From: Armatimonadia bacterium
GTDB lineage: Bacteria > Armatimonadota > Zipacnadia > Zipacnadales > UBA11051
Direction: 5' to 3'
Assembly: GCA_039683575.1 (NCBI GenBank)
Contig: JBDKRC010000278.1
Coordinates: 1 to 40,795, forward strand
DNA: 40,795 bases
Shown here: in pieces, positions 1 to 8,320 of the stretch
Layout of the letters: each line of letters starts with the position of its first letter
How positions within the stretch are numbered: position 1 is the stretch's first letter
Made by a program: the position numbers and the translations under genes
Notes under the pieces: generated by a model
Seen by the model: the letters and a program-made list of their open reading frames with translations, nothing else
Database searches by the model: none
Told to the model about the DNA's origin: nothing

Positions 1-2
1 TT

Positions 3-251
3 GAGGATGAAGCGGGCGGCCGTCACATCATAGTGGCGGAAGACGCGCATCCCTTCCCCGCACAGGCGATCCGGCCGGTCATCACCATCAACCTTCCGGA
101 CCTGCAGGCCGGCGATATCCGGTGCGACAGAGAGTTCACGCTCATCTCGCAAGATGAGCGCGGAGTGCGGCTACGTCTGCGCCTCGATCCCGACGAATTT
201 GCGATCATCAGTCTCTCTGCGGCTTCCGAGCCGTGCTCCCGAAGCACCTAG
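3..251 (+). CDS. 3' end of a gene entering from the left edge (hypothetical protein, partial)
   Basis: The frame is open from position 3 (EDEAGGRHIIVAEDAHPFPAQ...LRLRLDPDEFAIISLSAASEPCSRST) to TAG at 249-251. It has protein-like beta-strand composition and ends 14 nt from the stop of the convergent gene. Confidence 0.55.
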   Translation, partial: EDEAGGRHIIVAEDAHPFPAQAIRPVITINLPDLQAGDIRCDREFTLISQDERGVRLRLRLDPDEFAIISLSAASEPCSRST

Positions 252-265
252 CGCCGGAGTTCTCC

Positions 266-3115
266 CTACTCCAACTCCCGCAGCTTCACCTCATCCACCC
301 AGTACTGGCCCGGACCGTGGAAGAACACCGTCACGGCCACCCGCGCCGTCCCCGGCAGCGTCTTGAAGTAATACGAGGCCTCCTGCCAGTCCGCTGTCGT
401 GGCCGGTACTCGGAATGAACCCCACTGGTATCCCGTCGTGTCTGTCAGTGACTTGCCGTCCGCTCCCTGGAAAATCACCCGCAGGGCAGGCGTGTTCTTA
501 ATCGTGGGATGTGGCTTCACATCCTTGGTCTGGTAGCGGAACGAGAAGGCGTAACGTCGTTCAGATGCCACGGGGCACGCAACTTGAACTGAGCGATGGT
601 TACCTTCGCCCTCGGCAACTGTTATGCTCAGGCTGTGCGCGGACTGGTATCCCCTGTCCCCCACTACGGCAGACTTCGCGTCTCCCTGCCCGTTGGCGCT
701 CACGTCGCCCATGTCCGGTTCAAAGGAACCATTCAGTATCAGGTTCGGGCTCTCGCTCCCCAGGATCAGCAACGATGGCTTCCACAGCCCACCGGCGCCG
801 CTGCGGTCCTCCACCCGCACCGCCAGCACGTTACGCCCCGCCTTAAGCCTGCCGCTGATGTCAAAGTCCAGCGGCTTCTGCCAGCTCTCCGGGTCCTTGT
901 CAATGTCGAAGGTGAAGGAGCCGACGAGCTCACCGTTCAGCCATACCTTGCAGCTTTCGTCCACAGCGCCCAGCCGCAGCACGATCGGGTTGGCCTGCGC
1001 CCGGTCCGCCGGGACCTCAAAGCTCATCCGATACCAGCCGAAGCCGTCGAAGCCCTGGTGGCCCTGCTTCTCCCACGGCTGGTTGGTCTTAAGTGTCTCC
1101 CAGCCACTGTCATCGAAGTCCGGCCGCGGCCAGTCTTGCGGTTGCTTCTGCCCTTCATCTTCAATATGGAAGCGGGCCTCCAGGGGCAGGGCCAGGTAGC
1201 GTCCCGCTTCATTCACCAGCACCTCGTAGCGGGTCTCGAGCTGTTCCGTCCAGCGGCCACGGCTTTCTTGCTCCACTAGCGCCGGGGTATGCACCACCGG
1301 CAGCCCCTGCTGGCCGTTGATGATCTCCCAGCGCCGCTTATTGAGGTCACGTGCTTCCTTTAGCATCGCCATGAACTCCGGCTCAGTGGGCGCTGCGGTC
1401 AGTCTAGCAGGCTCCAGCGGACTGAATGACATGCCTGCGGCGTTGAGTTTCTGTAACAGCCCCAGTAGGCGTGACGTCACTTCGGTATATTCCAGACCCA
1501 TCTTCACAAAGTCCAGCCGCGCCTTGGTTTGCTCGTCAATCTGTCGCGTATAGCCCCGCTCGAGCGCCTTTCGGGCCGCTGCGAGGGTCGCGGCGTCGAA
1601 CTGCGTCGCCAGCGAGCTGATGTTGGAGCTGCCCGTCCCCGCCGCCGCAGGGCCCAGATCAGCCAGCCGCCGCTCGAACACGTCGTAGTAGTCCTCAACA
1701 TCCTTCGCAGCGGCTCCAAACCCCGCCTGATAGTACTCATCCAGCACCTGCCGCCGCGTCAGCGAGGTGTCCCACAGCATCCGCGCCGCCAGGTAGTAGT
1801 TGGGCCCGTGGGTAGCGAAGTCCCGGCATATCTCGCTGTTCAGGCCCACAAAGCCCCGCGCCTTGAGGTACTTGATATCCTCCTCGATCAGCCTCGTATG
1901 GACGTTCGGCATCCCATGCCAGTAGATCAGCCCATAGTATTCGCGCGACACCATCGGGTTGCCGAACTTGAACCAGCCATCGATATAACCGCGGCATTGC
2001 TTCTTGATCTCGGGATCCCGGAACCAGTGGCAGCCCTGGGTGAAAAAGAGCACCAGGTTGTCGCTGAGGTCCGTGAGGCGTGCCGGCGGCTGTTTGAAGA
2101 ACGTGTAGCAGAAGTGCCCCAGCTTCTTCTCCGGCTGCTCCTTCGCCACCCGCCGCGCGATCTCGTTGGCGAAGGTGAAGATGCGGTCGGTCAGCGCCAC
2201 CATCGGCTTGCCGTCCCAGTCGATCAGATTCGTCGGCACATCCAGCGCCCGGCACTTCTCGCACTCGCAGAACAGCCCGCCATCGTTGGGTGACAGGGAC
2301 ACGATGTCAGCCTTGCTGGCGAGCGCACTCTTGGTGCAGATATCTATCACGTCGGGGTTGGAGGTGCAGATCTGTCCCGACGTGGCGCCCTCGCCGTAGA
2401 ATGCTTTGCGCTGGCCGCCAACCATCGAGTAGTATTCCGGGTGGGTCTCAAACCACTTATTGCCGCCCAGCAGGGAGTTGTACGCGTGGCCTGACCCGCC
2501 GCTCCAGAGCTGCCCCTGACCGGTGCGCCGCTGCCAGAGGATATGCTCATCTTTGATCTCGTTGGAATTGCGGTAGGTGAGCCAGAGACTGCGAATGGCG
2601 AAGTCAGGCTTGACGGTCCAATTCAGTTCGTCCGGTACCGACAGTGTCGCGGCCTTCGGCACTACCGTACCGAGGTCCCCCGGCCACAGCCAGCGCACCG
2701 CGGCGAAGCGGTGGAGGAACTGATATACACCATAGAGCGTGCCCGTGCGCGTTGCTGAACCCATTGGCGGGCCATCGCTGTCCCCGCCAACTATGAAGAG
2801 GTCGCCGTTAATGACACGTACGACGAACTGCTCCTGCGGTGGAACAGCGATGCCGGCTTTGTCAGCCGCTGCGCACGGCCCCACGAAGACGCGCCTGGCA
2901 ACCGGGGCTTTGTCCTCGGTAACCACGGGCAATTCCGCCCCCGTCACGCGTCGAACGTACTCCTGAAGCTCCTTGGCCGCCATCATGGCGGTTGGCGACG
3001 GTGCGGCCGCCGTGACTATGACGTAATCAGTCTGCCCACCCTTGGCCAACTCCAACGCCAGCGCCGGTCGGACAAAGCACGCCAGGATCAGACCTATTTC
3101 GAGAATACGCTTCAT
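266..3115 (-). CDS. Secreted DUF4838-domain protein with a GH2-N/beta-galactosidase jelly-roll sugar-binding domain and a C-terminal CBM4/9-like domain (about 949 aa)
   Basis: Signal peptide MKRILEIGLILACFVRPALA. GH20/GH67-like N-domain (AAKELQEYVRRVTGAELPV, GTLYGVYQFL, VRWLWPG). DUF4838 motifs HPEYYSMVGG, QICTSNPDV, SLSPNDGGLFCECEKC. Jelly-roll motifs PDFDDSGW, GFGWYR, LGAVDE..VWLNGELVG, GRNVLAVRV, GAGGLWK. Then NLILNGSFE...YWVDEV. Start moved to ATG 3115 because GGAG lies 10 nt upstream; the ORF track starts at 3145. Confidence 0.85.
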   Translation of the reverse strand: MKRILEIGLILACFVRPALALELAKGGQTDYVIVTAAAPSPTAMMAAKELQEYVRRVTGAELPVVTEDKAPVARRVFVGPCAAADKAGIAVPPQEQFVVRVINGDLFIVGGDSDGPPMGSATRTGTLYGVYQFLHRFAAVRWLWPGDLGTVVPKAATLSVPDELNWTVKPDFAIRSLWLTYRNSNEIKDEHILWQRRTGQGQLWSGGSGHAYNSLLGGNKWFETHPEYYSMVGGQRKAFYGEGATSGQICTSNPDVIDICTKSALASKADIVSLSPNDGGLFCECEKCRALDVPTNLIDWDGKPMVALTDRIFTFANEIARRVAKEQPEKKLGHFCYTFFKQPPARLTDLSDNLVLFFTQGCHWFRDPEIKKQCRGYIDGWFKFGNPMVSREYYGLIYWHGMPNVHTRLIEEDIKYLKARGFVGLNSEICRDFATHGPNYYLAARMLWDTSLTRRQVLDEYYQAGFGAAAKDVEDYYDVFERRLADLGPAAAGTGSSNISSLATQFDAATLAAARKALERGYTRQIDEQTKARLDFVKMGLEYTEVTSRLLGLLQKLNAAGMSFSPLEPARLTAAPTEPEFMAMLKEARDLNKRRWEIINGQQGLPVVHTPALVEQESRGRWTEQLETRYEVLVNEAGRYLALPLEARFHIEDEGQKQPQDWPRPDFDDSGWETLKTNQPWEKQGHQGFDGFGWYRMSFEVPADRAQANPIVLRLGAVDESCKVWLNGELVGSFTFDIDKDPESWQKPLDFDISGRLKAGRNVLAVRVEDRSGAGGLWKPSLLILGSESPNLILNGSFEPDMGDVSANGQGDAKSAVVGDRGYQSAHSLSITVAEGEGNHRSVQVACPVASERRYAFSFRYQTKDVKPHPTIKNTPALRVIFQGADGKSLTDTTGYQWGSFRVPATTADWQEASYYFKTLPGTARVAVTVFFHGPGQYWVDEVKLRELE

Positions 3116-3131
3116 CTGTCCCATACTCCGT

Positions 3132-6100
3132 TCAAAGTTCCTCAATGCGAATCTCGTCTACCCAGTACTCGCCCGGATGGTGGAAGAACATCGTGTATGA
3201 GATCTGTGTGGTTCCCTCGGGCGTAGTGAAGACATGCGGGGTCTGACGCCACTGATCCAGCTTCTCAGTGGCCTTTGCGCCGTCCCAGGAGTAATCCTTA
3301 GTCTCGGTGACCGCTTTGCCCGTGTCGTCACGACAGATGACGCGGGTAATGGGCGCCTGATCGCGAACCGAAGGGTTGATTGTCACGGCGGTGTTGTAGT
3401 GGGCAGCGACGATGCGGTAACCGGTCTTGGGCTTGACCGCAGCGGTGAGGGTCAGGGCAGCCAGGCCGCCCTGGGGGACCTTGAGATGCAGCGCTTGCCC
3501 GCCACACCACGCCCTGTCGGTGACTATCTCGGCGGTCGCGCCCTGCGAGACCTGAAGGCGCAGACGCTTCTCAGCCTCGGCGGGCAGAAGGTTGTCCATG
3601 GTGCCGAAATCGAGAGTAACCGGCTTGGCGGGAGCGGTGAAGCTCAGCGGGGCGAAGCGGTTCGGGACGTGATAGCCGCCGAAGGTGGGATTCACCGCCG
3701 TATACTCATCCGGTTCGGCGTTGCCACGGCGCGTGCGGAAGATGTTGAGCTTCCAGCCCTCGCCCGGAGCGACGCCGAAAGAGGCGAACGGGATGGCAAG
3801 TTCGGCTGACCAGCCAGCCTGGTCAATCTTCGTCGCCACCTTGGCGCCGGATTCCCACTTCACATCCCCCTGAGACGCGTCGCCTGTGGGGTACGCGCCG
3901 TCGTACAGCCCACCACCAGCCCCGACAGCAATCTGGTAGTAGGCCTGGGTGCCGGAGGGCTGGATGAAGACCTCCACGGCGTCGTCATCGAAGACCTTGG
4001 TACTATCGTGCGCCGTGGTGGCTTTGGCGATCTTCGCCGGGTCCTGTTCGCGGCCCGCGATGAACACGTAGAGGTTATCCTTGTCACACGCCAGGCTGGC
4101 CCGCGCACCCAACTCGGTGGGAACAGCGCTTTTGGCCAGGAGCATGTAGTACGTTGGGGCCTGCCGCCAGATCGCGTCGGTACCAAGACCATCTACGGTG
4201 ACGGGCTTGTCGGTAGGCGTGGCTACCAGTTGCAGCGGCTTAGCATTGCGAGTGAGCTGGTAGAAGGCGCCGTCGGTGGTGACGCGGGCAGTCTCGGACT
4301 TGTCGGCTTCCACCAGGTACTCAGCCATCGTGGGAGCATGGACCGCGAGGCGCGCCTTGGCCGCTTCCCGCTGATCTACCGCCGCCTTGAGCATGGCAAC
4401 GTCCTGCTCGTTGAAGCTGGCCTGGCTTTCCAGACGGCCAGCAGCGATCATGCCGCGGACCGTCGAGACCATGTAGTCATGATGGTCACGCAGGCGGGCC
4501 AAGCGCTGCTTCTCAAGGTCGGACACGGGCCGCGCTTCGGCCTGCTTGATGATCTTCTCAGCTTCCCCGAGAATGGGCCAATAGGCCGCAAGCATATCAC
4601 CGGCGCACATCATGCTCTCATAGCGGGTGGTGAGGGCTTTGACGGCGGGCTCATCAACCGTCTCGTTACCCAGCAGAACCTTGCGCAGGCGGCCTTCGAG
4701 AAGGTCATAGTATTGCTTGACGTCGGCCGAGGCCGGGCCATAGAGGGCGTCGTAGTACTGTTTCTCGAGCTTGCGGGCGTCGGCTTTGCCGTCCCACATG
4801 AGGCGCGCCATCAGGTAGTGCGCCGCACCAAGCTGCTCATAGGCCTGCCCCATGTAGAGATAGCCGCCGTGCAGCCCAATGGCCTGCTCGGCTTTGAGGC
4901 GCTCAATGGCGTGGGTGGTCAGCGGGGCCATCATGTGCAGCGCCGGGCCGCCCAGGTAGTAGATGTCGTACTTATCGAAGTGTTGGGTCAGCGCAACCCA
5001 CTTCTTCTCACCCTCGTGCTCTTCGGGCCAGCCCTGGCCCTGTCCGAAGGCGCTGTTGGTCGCCTGAACCAGGTAGAGCATGGGATGGATCTTCTTCTCG
5101 CGGATGGGCGGGCGCTGATAGTAGCTGTAGACGTAGGCCCCCAGCTTCTTGTCGGGGTAGACCTTGGCCACCTTTTCGGCGATAGCGTTGTAGAAATGGA
5201 TCATGCGGTCGGTCATGACTGGTATGGTTGGGTCGGCCTTGGTGAACTCGCCGCCGTCAAGCGCCCGGCAGTTGTCACACTCGCAGAAGCCGCCGCCGTC
5301 GTTGGGTGACAGCGAAAACATGTCGCGGTCGGGGTACAGCTTGAAGTAATCGATAGCCGCCTGAGCAAAGAGGTCGATGACGGCGGGATTGGAGGTGCAG
5401 ACCTGGCCGCCGTGATGCCCCATGTAGTGCCTGGCCTGCCGTTCGCCTTTGACGAGGGCATAGTACTCGGGATGCTCGGCCCCGTACTTCTCCACAGGCA
5501 GGATCTGGAACCAGTTGTGGCTGTGCTGGACGGTGAAGGCGACGCCCAGACGCAGGCGACGGCCATAGAGGGCGTAGGTAGCTTTCTCGGGGCTGTAGGA
5601 CAACGCCCTGTAGGCCCAGGCGGGGTTTTGGGTAACATCAGTGGCGGGAATCGTCACCGTCTCGCGATGAGGAACCACCGTACCGAGATCATCGTGCCAC
5701 GCAAAGACCACGCCCAGGAAACGTTCGAGGAAGTCATATACCGCAGTCAGCGTGCCCGTCTGGACGGGGTAGTTAGTGCTGATCTTCGTGGGGTCACCAT
5801 CTGTGTCGCGGCCCACAAGGTGGATATCCTGGCCGACAACCTTGAGATGGAAGCCCTCGGGCTTGAGATCGTCTGGTTTGACGCCCACGGCGGCCGAGGC
5901 CTCACTGGGGCCAACAAAGAGGTGCGGCTTGTCGGGGCTGGCAAGCTTCACGATCGGAAGCTTGACGCCAGTGGAGCGCTCTACGAACGACTGCAATTCG
6001 GCGGCAGCGAATCTGGCCGGACGAGTAGCGTTGTCAGGCACCACGATCTCATACTTCGATGCGCCGTTCTGGACGAGTGTGAGGTCATCAGCGGCGACCG

Positions 6101-6146
6101 GCGGTATAGCGGCAATGATCAGGGCAAGTGCGGCGATGAAGCGCAT
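3132..6146 (-). CDS. Secreted DUF4838-domain protein with CBM9-like (DOMON) and C-terminal CBM4/9-like domains (1004 aa)
   Basis: GGAGG RBS and signal peptide MRFIAALALIIAAIPPVAA. DUF4838 motifs HPEYYALVKG, QVCTSNPAV, SLSPNDGGGFCECDNC. CBM9-like motifs VDGLGTDAIW, DKDNLYVF, DDAVEVFI, WSAELAIPF, WKLNIFR. C-terminus FFHHPGEYWVDEIRIEEL parallels the downstream paralogue. Confidence 0.85.
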   Translation of the reverse strand: MRFIAALALIIAAIPPVAADDLTLVQNGASKYEIVVPDNATRPARFAAAELQSFVERSTGVKLPIVKLASPDKPHLFVGPSEASAAVGVKPDDLKPEGFHLKVVGQDIHLVGRDTDGDPTKISTNYPVQTGTLTAVYDFLERFLGVVFAWHDDLGTVVPHRETVTIPATDVTQNPAWAYRALSYSPEKATYALYGRRLRLGVAFTVQHSHNWFQILPVEKYGAEHPEYYALVKGERQARHYMGHHGGQVCTSNPAVIDLFAQAAIDYFKLYPDRDMFSLSPNDGGGFCECDNCRALDGGEFTKADPTIPVMTDRMIHFYNAIAEKVAKVYPDKKLGAYVYSYYQRPPIREKKIHPMLYLVQATNSAFGQGQGWPEEHEGEKKWVALTQHFDKYDIYYLGGPALHMMAPLTTHAIERLKAEQAIGLHGGYLYMGQAYEQLGAAHYLMARLMWDGKADARKLEKQYYDALYGPASADVKQYYDLLEGRLRKVLLGNETVDEPAVKALTTRYESMMCAGDMLAAYWPILGEAEKIIKQAEARPVSDLEKQRLARLRDHHDYMVSTVRGMIAAGRLESQASFNEQDVAMLKAAVDQREAAKARLAVHAPTMAEYLVEADKSETARVTTDGAFYQLTRNAKPLQLVATPTDKPVTVDGLGTDAIWRQAPTYYMLLAKSAVPTELGARASLACDKDNLYVFIAGREQDPAKIAKATTAHDSTKVFDDDAVEVFIQPSGTQAYYQIAVGAGGGLYDGAYPTGDASQGDVKWESGAKVATKIDQAGWSAELAIPFASFGVAPGEGWKLNIFRTRRGNAEPDEYTAVNPTFGGYHVPNRFAPLSFTAPAKPVTLDFGTMDNLLPAEAEKRLRLQVSQGATAEIVTDRAWCGGQALHLKVPQGGLAALTLTAAVKPKTGYRIVAAHYNTAVTINPSVRDQAPITRVICRDDTGKAVTETKDYSWDGAKATEKLDQWRQTPHVFTTPEGTTQISYTMFFHHPGEYWVDEIRIEEL

Positions 6147-6291
6147 GAGAGACCTCCGGGGGAGTTGGGGTAGCTGGTGGCATCCGCACCCGCACCTGCC
6201 GGGTCTTCAGAGAGATGACCACGGGGTACGGCGCCGCAGACGAGGGTTGGGGCGTCGAGCAGATCCGACAGGCGCCACCTGGCGCGAGTTC

Positions 6292-7026
6292 CTATAGTAT
6301 CTTGCTAATGACGACCTTTGACAAGCAGCAGCAAGTGAAGCCAAAACCACTTTCACTTGGGTAGACACTAACCTCGTCTTCGAGGTCCTGTGGGTTATTG
6401 GCCTCCCACACGAACGTCCACCGGTCCCCGCCGGAATCGACATTGGAGACTGCTGTCTGCATGCCTGCCCCGCTCTTGAAGAAGCGCGGCTTGGCGACGG
6501 AGTTAGGCCAGAGGTCCTTCATGAAGCACGTGACCAGGTAGACCCCGGTCGAAGGCCACTTGGCCTCGACCCAAAAGAGTGGGTCGCTGTTGCTGGCCAC
6601 ATTCAGCCACAGGAGCGGCGGATTCTGACTGGAACTGGGCAACGGGGAGAAAGGGGACAGCCAGGCGGCACGGGTCTGCAGGGACAGCCGGAAGCTGTCA
6701 TAGGTCGCGTTGGCGGGAAAGAGCGGCGTCAGCGGCGCCACGGTTATGCCTGATTGCCATGGGTCATTGCCCATGGGATGAGTCTCGACCCCGACCCCGA
6801 GTTGCTGCAGCCGCGCCGCGATGCTCGGGTCCGTCCGCAGTATCTTCAACTGCTGCGTCTGGGTGATTGTGCCTGCGAGGCTCTTCCGGGCGGGGCCTGA
6901 CAGCGAGGCCCGCATGTTGCGGAGCGCGCTAGCAGAAACCCCGATGCGCGGCATTGAGTTCTCTCCGGCCGCCATTGCCCCATGCACGCACAGCAGGACG
7001 CCGCAGATGATCGGTAGGCTTCTCAT
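6292..7026 (-). CDS. Hypothetical secreted protein (244 aa)
   Basis: GGAGAG RBS. Signal-peptide-like N-terminus MRSLPIICGVLLCVHGAMA. Fills the gap between co-oriented genes. No family recognised. Confidence 0.65.
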   Translation of the reverse strand: MRSLPIICGVLLCVHGAMAAGENSMPRIGVSASALRNMRASLSGPARKSLAGTITQTQQLKILRTDPSIAARLQQLGVGVETHPMGNDPWQSGITVAPLTPLFPANATYDSFRLSLQTRAAWLSPFSPLPSSSQNPPLLWLNVASNSDPLFWVEAKWPSTGVYLVTCFMKDLWPNSVAKPRFFKSGAGMQTAVSNVDSGGDRWTFVWEANNPQDLEDEVSVYPSESGFGFTCCCLSKVVISKIL

Positions 7027-7266
7027 TGTGTCTCTCCGCTGGATGGCTCTGGCGCCCTAATCGCCGGGCCCAAAAGGCGCTCGTGCCGCCGGTATTACAG
7101 CCATGATGCGGTTCCGTGATCAGGCGGCTGATTCCTTCCTGATCCTGGGCATTCCGGTCGACACCGCGCCAACCTCGCAGAGAGCCGGCCCCCCGGTGCG
7201 CGGGGAGATCAGGCCGACCTGACCCGTCCTCAGCTTTCCCCATCCAGCGGATACCCGGCGTGGCAG

Positions 7267-8100
7267 CTAACTGACATCCCGCGCATATACTCGCACGTAG
7301 TCAACTTCGAAGTCGCGAGGGTACGTCATGTTCGGATCGATGTCACCAATCCATCCTGAGTACTGGAAGAGTGCCATCAGGATGAACATCCTCTCCTGAG
7401 GGGTGGGGCCGGTGTAGGTCCCGATGACCTCGCCGTCCAGGTACCAGTCAATCCGCCCCTCCTGCCACTCCATCGCCCAGACGTGGAAGTCCTCGGAGGC
7501 GTCTATCCCCACCTCCGGCTGATGGTGGGCATCGGGGGTGAAGTGGACGTTGAGGTCCACTTTGCTCGCGCTATCGCCGATGTTCCGCCCCTGCAGTTCG
7601 ATGATGTCAATCTCCACCACGCCGTCCCCAATCTCCCGCCTCCGGCCCTCAGGAGTGTACTCCTGTTTGGTAGGATCGCACTGGTGCAACCAGAAGGCGG
7701 TCAGCAGCCCTTCCCCCCGCGGACACCGGCACCTGATCTCGAACCAGCCGTACTTCTGCGCGAACTTGTCGAGGATCTGATACTCGCTGGTGGTCGCCCC
7801 AAAGCGGTGATCCGAGGTCTGGATGCAGCTCACGCACGGCGTGCTCTTGTCCGGGCGGAAGGGCAGCGTCTCATCAATCCGCAGCTTCAGAATGCTGTCT
7901 TCGATGACATAGTGCGCGTTGTGATCGACCCATCTGCTCTGCCCGCCGGTTCGCTTGAGATAGTCCTTGCGTCCCGAGCGGTAGGCCGCGAACCAGTACA
8001 TGTCATTCAGTTGGGGCCGATCGAATTCATCATGGAACGTGAGCTTCCATCCGGGCTTCTCGAGCGCTGGTGCATCCGCACCCATCAAGCTACTCATCAC
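7267..8100 (-). CDS. Glycoside hydrolase family 16 protein (277 aa, no obvious signal peptide)
   Basis: WKLTFHDEFD start, KYGWFEIR, AFWL, catalytic ExDxxE motif EIDIIE, DFHVWAMEW, WYLDG, and FEVDYVRVY at the end. Confidence 0.9.
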   Translation of the reverse strand: MMSSLMGADAPALEKPGWKLTFHDEFDRPQLNDMYWFAAYRSGRKDYLKRTGGQSRWVDHNAHYVIEDSILKLRIDETLPFRPDKSTPCVSCIQTSDHRFGATTSEYQILDKFAQKYGWFEIRCRCPRGEGLLTAFWLHQCDPTKQEYTPEGRRREIGDGVVEIDIIELQGRNIGDSASKVDLNVHFTPDAHHQPEVGIDASEDFHVWAMEWQEGRIDWYLDGEVIGTYTGPTPQERMFILMALFQYSGWIGDIDPNMTYPRDFEVDYVRVYARDVS

Positions 8101-8320
8101 AACACCCCATCAGGGACGGTATTTCGTGTCTTTCCATGGCGGAATCCCGCCTAGTAGCGGCTATGGTTGACCGCCTTGCGCAGCGGCTGAAGCGTGCATC
8201 GGGAGCAAGGCGCAGACTGTGAGCACAATGCAGTGGTACCGCATGACTTCTCCTGTCCAGGGGCGTACTGGGCACACCCACCCCCGAAGTGAGCTTCAGC
8301 CGCCCCACCAACTCCGCTGC

